Positions 21,440 to 32,539 of a stretch of 64,000 nt of DNA are shown here, piece after piece (position 1 is the first letter of the stretch; each line of letters starts with the position of its first letter). A model generated the notes under the pieces. The model did no database searches. It worked only from the letters and a program-made list of their open reading frames with translations, and was not told the DNA's origin. The position numbers and the translations under genes are program-made. The DNA comes from Oopsacas minuta (lineage: Eukaryota > Animalia > Porifera): NCBI GenBank assembly GCA_024704765.1, contig JAKMXF010000328.1:1-64000 (forward strand), written 5' to 3'.

Positions 21440-24400
21440 ACTCAGCTATCCATGGTGACGATTGAAGACCGTGATGTACATCTTCACGATAAGTGCGAGC
21501 GTCAGGCATCATTGGAAGCATCTTTGACGGTGAAACAGGCATTGAAAGAAAGGTTCACCGAGATGAGTTGTATTCTAATAGAGTAAATCCCGAAAATTCC
21601 ATAATGTTGCCAGATCACTAATTGCCTGTGATGTTCCAGATGGTTATATGGATCAACATTTATGTGGCAGTTTTAGTGTAAGCAGCTCTGTGTGTCTGGC
21701 TAAATTCTGGGAGGGGAGAAGCTTTCGTGTATTACTAAGGTACAGGGTGTTTCACAATTGATGTCGTATTTTCTAAATTTGTTTATTATGCCCCCATGCA
21801 ATAATTTTTGTGTATTTAAACTTGCAATCGTAATTAATCTTACAGGGTTCAATTGAGTAATTATTTCATTCATCAATCGAAAAATTTTATAGCTTCTATT
21901 TCCATATCCAAATTGGGCTAATTATTTGCATAATATAATGGTGAAAGAATACAGTATCATGATTCGCTCACAGGCTGTTGGCATGCTACAAGTTGGGTCT
22001 TCTTAGAAGTTTGTGTCTCTTAAACTTGGAGTTAATATCCGTACAGTTCAGCGTTGGTGGCGACTTTTTAAGAATGATTTGTCATTAGAAAACAAAGGGG
22101 GACGTGGCCGTATATCGTCCATATCGAAAGTTGCCAAGATTGTAATTACTGAATCAATTGGCAAAAAACGACAGTCTGTACGTGGTCTATCCAAGAAATT
22201 GAAGTTGAAAAGTCATTCCGTAGCTCAAAGTACAGTGTACCGTTATTTGACAAAAGAAAAGGGCGTAAAATCTTACAAACGCCAGCGGCAGCCGTTAATA
22301 ACAGAGAAAAACATGGATGCTAGGTTAAAAATTTGTAAAGAACTTGTCAATTGGACAGCAAATGATTTGAAAAACATTATTTACAAGATGAATCACCGTT
22401 TGAGTTAGATCATCCCCCAAACAGGAAAAATGATTGTGTTTGGGCGAGAAACACATTCGATATCGAGCCCATTCAGATGGTGAAATTTCCAAAGAAAATT
22501 CAAGTATGGGATATGATGTCACATGGTGCCTGTAGGAGTTACACTTCATTCCCGTTGGGCAAACTATATCTGCAGAGTACTATGTTATTGAGATAATGGG
22601 TAAAACTTTAATTTCAACAATGAATAGAAAGCGAGAAAGAGGCACAGTTGTTGAGACGAAAATGTTAAAAAATATGTCCCGTGCGATATTTCAACATGAT
22701 GGAGCTCCAGCTCACACGACAAACATAACACAAAATTGGTTGAGAAGTAACCTAAAGCGTCTTTGGGCGAAAGGTACCTGGCCAGCCAACTCTCCAAACT
22801 TGAGTCCCATTGAGAACATATGGTCGATTTTGAAACATGATCTAGATTCAATAGGTGAGTTAAAAGACATAAAATGTTAGAAAATCGACTGAAAACCGCA
22901 TGGTCCAATATTTCACCAGAGGTTTTGGACAAATTGATGGATGGAATGCCAAAACGAATCCATAAGTGTATTGAACTTAGTGGTGGATATATTGGCAAAT
23001 AATTGTAGTAATATATCTAGTATTCTATTAGTTATGTAATATTGTATAACACGACATCAATTGTGAAACACCCTGTATGTATCAAATATCCGCCTTGCTG
23101 TGGGAACGGGAAGGTAGGTCTATCCCTTTTAGCTTCAATCCCAGAACTGTTGATGCACATCCAGACTGTAACTAACCCACGTAGAAGAACTTTTCGAGAG
23201 AAAATCCGGACGTACAATTGTGCACTGGCGTTTGCTTCTCTTGGAGCTATATAGACAAGGGTGTGGCAAATGCTAAGGAGGGAGTAAACACACATTTCGT
23301 ATCCACGGTGTAGTATACCATAACATCGGACAGTTGTTGCCTAAAGATGGTGGGGCATGCAAAAACGCAAATCTATATTCATGAAGGTACTGCTGATGCT
23401 CAGGTGGAGAACCACCTGCGGCATCTTGGAAATGCGTCTCTTCCTGAGTTGAAAATACTTCAACATATGCTGCATGAGAATTACACTTACATTTCTTTCT
23501 TTATACATGGTGTAGAGGTTGCGCGAAGAAGGGAATAATGACGTGAGAATGCTTATCGGTCCCAAGGGTCCTCCTGATGACGATACAATAAGCACGCTGA
23601 CCCTAAGTAACTGTCACTATGCCATGTGCCGGCTATGAAGAGGAGGCAGCCGGCAGAACAGTGTTGCACGCGCGTTCAAGTGGTCCAACCAGGATAACTG
23701 AAATCCAACGCGTTTTGACGCATTACATTATGTTCTTATCTTTCCTTCAAGTGATGATGGTTGCCAGCTAAATATTCTTCACCGGAAAGTAAAGAGAATT
23801 GTCATTCACAATCAAAAGAAGAACAAAGCTGATCTTTTCAGTGGTTTGTTTGATGCAGTTGCTGGTGTGACGCAGTCTATCGAAACTGGTGAAGTAGAGT
23901 TATACTCCCTTCCTCACATGCTGGTAGCCCTCAACAAATGTTTGAGTTATACGCGGATGTGATGAGTATAGTCAGGAAATATGGAAAGCATGTCTTTTCA
24001 TTCATTTACATGTAATCTGCATTGGGGCTAGATTAGATAAGCACTCCAATTAAAACAAAGCCAAGCAATCGTCTCGATTTAATTGTCTGAGTGCTTAAAA
24101 TGAAGATGCAAAGTTTAAATGAGGAATCGATGAGTGGTCACGTATTGGTCAACCGAAAGGTTATGTATATGTGATCAAATTACAAAAACATGGTCTACCT
24201 CACGCTCATATTCTTTGTGGTGAGATCCAGACCCGGTTAAGTAACCCAACTTGCACGATACTGTTAAACGTTGTATGATGCATGGCCAAGCGGGGCTGCG
24301 AAAAAGAGTACACCTTGCCAACGTCCAACGTGGACGGGAGGTGCTCTAAAAAATTCCGAAAGCATTTTCACCAGTTACTACTGCTCCTGAGGATGGCTAT

Positions 24401-26102
24401 CCTATATATCGTCGTCGTGACAACGGCCGTGCTGTTAATGTGGGCGAAGTAAGCTTGACAATAGGCGGGTAGTGCCATACAATCCTGTCCTATTAATTAA
24501 GTATAATGCTCATATTAATGTCGAGATTTCTCTACAGTGAGTGCAGTCAAGTATCTATATAAATATATCTGTCAAGGTCATGATAGAACTATTGTGGAAT
24601 TCAGGTCAGGTGGCAAGCATGTAGCTCCATCTAAATCAGTTAATGAAGTTTCCGAGTATTCAGAGGAGAGGGTAGGTATGTGTCTGTTGCCGAGGCGTGC
24701 TATCGTATCTTTGGGCATGAGCTCCATGCCAATATGCTACATGTGTTAAAGTTAGCTCTGCATATCAAGGATCGCCAGCCAGTGCATTTCACTGAACAGG
24801 ATGATCTTGAGGATGTATTGAGCGGATAACACATAAAACGACTCTGACAAATTATCCAGCGCCAACGCTCTTGGTTTGGGATAAGGTTCCTATGGGACAC
24901 AAGAATTAGGTGAGCGTATGGATCATACATTTACTGGATCTCTGTTCTTGCGATTTACCATTCGGCGTCAATGCTGTAATGTCTGAAGGTTACTTTCGTC
25001 AAATCCTACCAGTGATTAAACGGGCGTGCAGAGGTTGAGGTTGTTTCAGCCTGTCTGAATCGATCCCTTCTCTGGCGTTATGTTAAGATTATGCCTCTAC
25101 CATTAACATGCGTTTGCGAAATTGTCTTCTCAGGACTCTTTCGAGATGAGTGATTTCTTTAACTTCTTTAGAGGGTATGCGAAGGCACGTAGCTCGATGA
25201 TGAGGATCAAATGATTCACATCGACAGTAAGTTTGTAGTACCTGAGAGTGTTTTTCTGGCTTGGTATCTTCTGTTTATGATGACATCATAAACAACTACC
25301 AAAATAAGGAGTTCATGTGTCAGCGCACCATCATGTCTCCCAAAATTGAGACCTCAGATGAAGTAAATTATTATATAATGGGATTGATACCGGGTGATAA
25401 AAAGCTCTTCTAAGTGCTGATTCTTCTTATGATAACCAAGCATCCAAGTGCCTAACAGACTTTTGAATTATTTGTGTTCAAAATATTTGTTAGGCACTTG
25501 AATGCTTGGTATACCCCTCATCGTCTGATCCTTAAACAGTACGCGTCCATCATTCTCTTGCGTAATCTTGGTCCTACTTAGGGTTGTGTAAGGGCACTCG
25601 CTTAATCATAAGATCTGCAACTAAACGTCTTAATTATGCTGAGGTAGTCACAGGTAGTCATGTGGGGAGTAGAGTATTCATTCCTCGGATATCATTCCTC
25701 ACTTCGGACGATTCTGGATTCCCGTTTACTTCGAAGCGAAGATAGTTCCCTATCCGACCTGCTTTAAGCATCACCACATACAAAGGTCAGGCTCAGAGTT
25801 TGGAAACTGTTGGCATTTTCTTACCCTCTCCTGGAGCCATATTCAGCCATGGTCAACTTTATGTGGCTCTGAGCAGAGTTCAGAATCCTACAGATTTGAA
25901 GATCATGGTTTGCGGAGGGAAGAAATTAGCCAATGGTGGAGTGATGGTTAAGAATGTCATCTATCGGGGGGTTTTTCAGGCACAGTTGGATGTAGAGAAA
26001 CATTTGTCGTCCTGCACAGATCTTTTTAGTTCATTTTCTCAGGATGAACCAATAATTTCCTCTCATTCTGTACAAGTCTTCTCCCTGGTAAGAGAGGGTT
26101 GA
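21440..26102 (+). mobile_element. Helitron Rep-helicase pseudogene (interrupted by a Tc1-like element, internally deleted)
   Basis: CCGNGKV, IRTYNCALAFASLG, FRIHGVVYHNIGQLLP, RVILPSSHAGSP, Rep motifs FTCN, VIKLQKHGLPHAHIL, GYPIYRRRDNG and AVKYLYKYICQGHD. PIF1-type helicase motifs [42 protein letters not shown] and [13 protein letters not shown]. 5' boundary approximate. Confidence 0.92.
21743..23075 (+). mobile_element. IS630/Tc1/mariner element with DD37E transposase (L31/TRT-like), degraded
   Basis: 25-bp perfect TIR CAGGGTGTTTCACAATTGATGTCGT; TA TSD; 1333 bp. FQHDGAPAH-...-SPIE has 37 residues between D and E. ORF fragments 22013-22408 and 22596-22880. Confidence 0.95.
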
Positions 26103-26460
26103 TTGGTGATGGTTCTCTGATAGAGAGAGTAAAGTATCCAAGATATTTGAGTCCGGTAGTAAAGCATTTTTTAATGTAATGGCTTGGTCTGGGGTATCAA
26201 GTGAGGAGGACCTCCACTTCCACGTTAGAGATAACTCAGTGCCCAAAGCATAAGGCACAGAAACAGAATTGGCTAAGTTAGGGGTACAGGCTTGGATAGA
26301 TGTGGTGAAAATTAATGCATGTGTTGTTGACTCTACTATATTGAAGATCTCTCCGCCATTCATTCATGAATACTTAGATCCCACTAGTGTGCTCCCATTT
26401 ATGATGGTCATAAATTTGGAATGATTTTCCACGCGAATAACCATTATGAAGGCAAGGAGC
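26102..26460 (+). pseudogene. Putative OTU-like cysteine protease domain relic directly after the Helitron helicase
   Basis: Across frameshifts: IGDGS-L (26102; Cys box GDGxC with the Cys lost), KA*GTETELA (TAA at 26251 where W is expected; cf. WGxxxEL) and IFHANNHYE (HY at 26442). Order and spacing fit OTU. Confidence 0.5.
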
Positions 26461-27104
26461 ACTTTCATCCATTTTATATGTACCTCGATAATTCTACTAA
26501 TCTGTGTATGTATTGCACATATTTGTAGTATATTATCATGGATTGGTTTGCGAAGCTTATGCACTATATTCATGAGACTATTTGTGCAAAGCGTTAGTGT
26601 GGCTATTTGTGTCGCACCATTGTTAGCCACATATATTTGCGTGTGAAAATGGGCACAGTTGTGCCTTGGTATTGCTGTAATCATATTCACATTTCGTGAA
26701 TCAGTTGCTCTGCCATGTAGATACTCTTCTACTTAGGTAGGGAGTTGACAACAGGAGGAGTGGCTGAGGCCCTCCCGGTTGAATCGGCTGGTCTACTTCT
26801 ATGGAGGTGTTACAGGTAGGGTATCTCTGCCTCTTTGATGCTTCTACTTTAGGCGAGGTGTTAGAAAGTGGGGTGGTTGACTCCTATTTGGTGAATCGGC
26901 AGCTCTCCCCGATGGTATTCTGACTCCGTAAAAGGATCACCAAGTTTGAGGAAGAATACAGGCTGTGTCCGAAGTGTAATCCTCCTTGAATCATAAAGAG
27001 AACCGCGGAAGCGTCAACGTGTCATACCAAGGTTAATTATGCAATAATTCTGTGTGTGTATAAATATACATCAATATCTATACAAGGGAAGGCAATTAAT
27101 CAAT

Positions 27105-28410
27105 ACTAGCGCGTTTCGATTGCTAAGTCGCTTTGCGACAGCTAAAGGCCTCAGGTCAGATTAAGAACTAACAGCAACATTTCTTGATGCTTTTGGTTGT
27201 AAAGCGAAGGGATATACTCGGCACAACGTGCCTCGTGGTGAATTTTTGTGGAAATATTAACTATATATTATCCATGGTCAATCTCAATTCCATTTAATGG
27301 ACTTCTGCGGAAATAATGGAATTCTTACGTGGCTCTAGGTAAGACTAGGCACTTTGTGTCAGAAGAATATGAAATTCTCAAAAATTGCGAAATTTGGACA
27401 GTCTTGAGCTTTTGTGAGGTCATCATGACATAAAATTACATGATGAGGTTGCGTTTGGTCAAAATCATGACATCAGGAAGTTTGTCACATTGAGTGGTAC
27501 CTGTGGTTCAAGTTTCAAATTCTATCATATAAATTGGCTGAGACGTTTGTAATAATGTGATTTTCGAAAATCGAAAAAGATGATAACAACGTCATAATTT
27601 CGTCATGGTGCACATATTAAAGACAGTGTACTGTATACACACATAAATATACCTATAATATATGCACGCGATTAATATGTACTAGGAGTCTTCACTTTCT
27701 AGATCTCTGCGCATTATATATACGATGCACCACGTGCCTTGGAGATATAATATAGAAGAATATTTAGGATTATATTATCCATGGTCCATACAAATTTGCA
27801 TTCAATGGCCTTCTGTGATAGGGCAGGAATTGCTATGTCGCTTTTAATTAGTAATCTCGACTTGTCGTAACTGGGTATTGAAGATTCTGAATTTTCGACA
27901 TTTTGGAAATATTGAGTTCTTTGTACAGTCATCATGACGTAATAATCCCATGATAGTTTCGCCTTTGGTCAGAATCATGATGTCATTACGTTTGCAATAT
28001 TGAGGGGTCCCTGTGATTTAAATTTCAAACTTCCATCATTTATATTAGCTGAGCAATGGTTAATAATGTGATTTTCGGAAATATCACCTTATTAACCAAT
28101 ATAAATGATAGAAGTTCAAAATTTGAATAACAGGTACACTAAATATGCCACTCCTTCGGACATAATCATTATTGGCCACAGGCAAACTCATTATAGAATT
28201 ATTACGTCATCATGACTGTACAAAACATCAAAATTCCCAAATTTCGATATATTTAAGAATTTCCAAATATAAGAGACTCGAAGTGCCCAGATCAGAAACC
28301 CAAAGTCATGTACGATTACTTTACTTTGGTATGAGTCGTATTAAAGTATATTATCGTAAGGTATGGGAAGTTGGGCATTACAATACATTTGCTATCCGGT
28401 TTTGTTAATA
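27105..28410 (-). repeat. Cluster of non-autonomous Helitron-like repeat units (3' CTAG|T end on the minus strand) with an internal inversion
   Basis: The reverse complement of 27105-27300 matches 4490-4672 and ends GCGCTAG|T (27106-27109). Units at 27460-27570 and 27960-28080 (minus) and 28085-28200 (plus) match 4260-4360. Confidence 0.6.
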
Positions 28411-28849
28411 ATTTTTACAATTACATAGCTTTAATTGAATATTCAGAAAAAAGTATCATCTCTGATCTCTACAGTAGCTCAAGAACGAGACACCTTTTGT
28501 ATTACAAATATTTCATATCTTATATAAAGGATCATAGATCATTTCATACATTAAGTGTGAAATGAAAAGTGGAATAATCTACGTTCTAAAAGGTATCAAA
28601 GAATTACAAGAAATACCAAATATACCTTACTAGTCACATATTAGCATATAATGTTTGATATTCGTTGCTCCACTAATATGCAATACCATAGCCTACTAAA
28701 CATAAGGCTATGTCGATAATTTGGACCAGGGCTAAGATCCAGTCGAATTTTTCTAGATTACAACATATATACGCATATCTGTATAAATTATTTTATGCCT
28801 ATTCTTATTTAAGTTAGATTCTCATAAACATAGCAGTATGGGTATATTA

Positions 28850-29150
28850 TTGCTTCCCAGTACAAACACAAGTAAAAATAAGACACATTAGCAAATACTA
28901 TGATGAAGACAATTGAATTATTTAGAAGAAAATTTGAGATATTTTCATTGATTATCTTTAGAAAAGGTAGGGGAAATATTTAGATTCTTGGCATCATTGT
29001 TAAGTAAAACAATTGGCTACTGTTGTTAAAAGTGAATGGAATAAGGCTTATCCATAGCATTCTATACACTAAGGCAATGACACTCTATTCAAACTCTAAA
29101 CCATGGACGGCAATTACTTTGGGACTTTTCGAAACGATATCTGGATGAGT
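28850..29150 (+). pseudogene. C-terminal fragment of a third P-element-like transposase
   Basis: 29040-29135 is nearly the reverse complement of 32550-32640 (ACACTAAGGCAATG(A/G)CACTCTATTCAAA..CCATGGA), which is the 3' coding end of the minus-strand P-like copy. Confidence 0.5.
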
Positions 29151-29589
29151 TTACAGTAATTCATGATTATATGAGTAAATATGATTATTTAATGTACCCT
29201 TTGCATACATAAAATATATTTAGGAAGAATTTTACGAAAAATGATAAACTTCATTTTCTGAGATATTTGCATTATGTATTTAAGTGAAAACTATCAAAAT
29301 TCGTCGCCCTACAATGCTACGAAATTGATTAATTCAACTACATGTTCCAGAAATATACCCACTAGTGTATTTACATCAATATAAGCATATGAATATACTA
29401 TTATTAGTCATATCCTGTCAAATAGCCAGATCAAAATTTGGCAACCACATTTTGATCACTCATAAATAGTAAAACAATTTTTACGATGTTTCGAAATATT
29501 TCAATAGATTACCACGCTCCAAATTCACCTCTTGACTCAATTCAACATCAATTATCACATCACATCTGCTCTATTCTACCTCTATTTTC

Positions 29590-32200
29590 ACTGTTACCGA
29601 ATTCTAAATCTAAAATCTTCAACATATGTAAGCCAAACTACCACGATAAAGATGAATATATACCTGTCTTCTCGTTCCCTACTGACAATGAGACTCGTGA
29701 CAAGTGGTTCTGAGCTATACTTCGACCAAGAGAGGACTATGAGATGAACAAACGATTGAGGACACGTTATGAACTTGTGACAATACTTTTAATTAACACC
29801 ATACTCAATTGTTATCGTATTTTATTTCTTCAAGGTCTATATACATCATTTCCATTAAGAAGACATCGAAAGGACCATACAATTCTTTGATGGAATGAAG
29901 ATGATAAAAACGGAGAGGAAGAAAGTTGCTCTTAAGAAGTGCGCAGTCCTAGCTATCTCGGTGACCCCACTATTAGCTGTTAAAGACAATCCCTGGATGA
30001 CAGGGTGATAAGGGGATACAGGAAGCATGCCAAAGAAGTCTTGGAGATCTCAAAGAAACTGAAGCTAAGTTTACTATTTCTACTCTTAAATATTTTAATT
30101 CAAAGTTGCATTTAGTTGAATTTCCTTACGGCTGGAGTATTTTTCGTCCCAATTCTGCCATCATGCTTTATCTCAAGATACGCTATTATAATGAGATTTC
30201 TACAGTCGAACGTCAATTAGTATTGATGTAAACTTATATTGTAGGCTTTATATCAGAAAAACAAATTCCACTATCGTGTCACTTAATTAACGATATTAGG
30301 TCATAGGAAACATCATTCATGAAGTCGATATATTTGAAATACAAAATGAGAACGTATTTTCTTCAGCCACCCCATTGGTACCACGTGAATTGTGCCATCA
30401 ATAATATCACAAATGCTATTGATATATTAAACCTCACTCATTCAATGTCCGATTTAGAGCCCGAAAACGCCCCTATTGTCCGATAAACACTTTTAGGCTC
30501 TTCTTCTGCAGAAACTTTACATCCTATTGTTAAATCGACTATCTGTGAAATTGAAGATTGTTGTCTATTTTCCGAAGTTGTGTGCACAGACAACTATCCA
30601 CACAATGTTGGATTGTTCAATTTTTTTTCTGCTGATTCGACACTGCAACCAAAAGTACAAAACCCATTCAATCCAGAAAGAAATTTGAATCTGTTTGCTA
30701 ATATTGTTCACATCATTAAATCCATCAGGAATAATTAATTAAGTCTTAAAAGTTTAGATAATAGATTCAGTTTCCGAAATTCGGTAATTGCCAGTTAAGT
30801 GCATACCCAAACGAAATATAAGTGACACAAATAAATCTTTTACGTTTCAATTTCTTGAGCTAGCATTTCGACCATCATTCAAATACCTCTAAATCAAATT
30901 ATCCCGAAATTTGCTATGCACAATTCGAAGATATACGCAATTTGTTCAAATCTGACAAACGCAATGTCTTGAAGCGAGCACCAAAATTAACAGCGAAATC
31001 TTGTTGGCCATCTAGGTTAGAACGACAAAATGTTAGTTTAGCATTGAAAATTTACCATGAAACAACATCAGCTGGTCTATTAGCTTGGAAAATGGAAAAT
31101 AACACCTTACACGTCAATCAAACTGTACAATTTCTGGAGTTAATCAATAAAGTGTGGAAAATATTTAATGTAAACTGAGCCGGAAAAATATACGATTTAG
31201 TGATGAATATTCAGCTCCAATTTAGGCCTCAGACTTCATTTAACATTTGTGAACAACGTTGTCTCTTGGTTGAACTGCTGGGTTAATCTGCCGTTTACAT
31301 CTGGAAAGTTAACTGCACAAATCTTTACCAGCTTTAGACACACTTGCGAGGCGGTATCACTTCTAGTCACACAACTTACAGACAACTGCGGCTACCAATA
31401 CCTTTTAACGGCAAGAATCCAAAATAATGCTCTTGAACACCACTTTGGTCTATATAGACAGATGTTAGGGTCCCATTATCAGATTTCCTTTAATCAGATA
31501 TTAGAGAGCGAACGCAGACTCCAACCTCCGAATCTTCTAAAGGTGTTCGATCTTAAATATTCTTCTGCGTCTAGCTCTACTGAAGGCACCATTTCTCTGA
31601 AAGAATATCTCAACAGATTTGCTGACTACTGTGATTGTATAAATCAGGAACAACTTCATATAGAATATTATCTCACCAAATAGAACGTAATCTCACTTCC
31701 TGAAATAGAAGTCTCCCAAATAGAATGTCTCGGTATTATTGCAGGATATGCAGTTTTTCTTATATTAAGAAGTTTAATGGCTGCCAATCTTGTCAATACC
31801 TTTAACTTCAGATAAACTTCTTGAAGTTAACAATGATATCAGATCCCAGTATACTTTGATAGACTTAGTGGGTAGAGGCTCTCTTAAATATCCTTCTCGG
31901 CATGTAGTGAAATGTAATCATCTTATATGAAACCTTTATTCCAATTAACAAGAGTGAGTCCCTAAGGAAGGAATCCTATACTGGACGATCTCGTAGCTTG
32001 TTGGTAATTATACCTAGGAGCCTTATTGAAGATAGGTAGAATGATATCTGGAAAGATTGGCGTTTTTGTGGTGTCTAGAATTGGGATATATTGAGGAAAT
32101 TGTGCTTAATATGGCCTAATAGCATCCTGTCGAAGAGGGTTCGCAATTATAATGTCATGGTCATAAATAGAGATAATACTAAACAAAACAAATATACCTA
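29590..32200 (+). pseudogene. P-element-superfamily (THAP9-like) transposase with N-terminal THAP domain, degraded
   Basis: THAP-like CKPNY..VFSFPTD..KWF*AILR and VYIHHFH; IVHIIKSIRNN; LKRAPKL..LERQNVSLALKI; YLLTARIQNNALEHHFGLYRQMLG; IIAGYAV..CQSC..GRGSLKYPS. TIRs not found. Confidence 0.8.
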
Positions 32201-32298
32201 ATTTTCTTTGTTATTTTGTTTTAGATTACGGTATTCAAATATTACTGCATACCTACCTGACGAATGGAGAGAGTGAAATAACGAAGAGCTAGACAATA

Positions 32299-32365
32299 CA
32301 GTGGAACCTCGCGAAGCAGGGACCGAACTTGGGGCTCAACCTCCCCGCTTTGGGAGGTTTCACTG
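32299..32365. mobile_element. 67-bp pogo/Tigger-type micro-MITE
   Basis: CAGTGGAACCTCGCGAAGC.GGG / CCCCGCTTTGGGAGGTTTCACTG with TA on both sides (32297-98, 32366-67); the TIR resembles that of the pogo element at 40627. Confidence 0.85.
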
Positions 32366-32539
32366 TATAGAGTTATACATATCTAGCACTGTATTGTGAA
32401 TAATGGATTATGTTTACTATTAAAGTATTACAATATGCTAATTATACTTGGGTTGGGAGGTTGTAAATCATCAAAATAAAACAAATATTACATTAGAGCA
32501 CTTTAGAATAAGGTTGAAAGGCATTATAACAATTATTTG

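Noticed and set aside
26031-26690. Near-continuous minus-strand frame of about 219 codons (two ORFs separated by one TGA) as a novel or read-through gene
   Set aside because: It has no recognisable motif, whereas the plus strand shows ordered OTU-like motifs; it is best explained as an antisense shadow.
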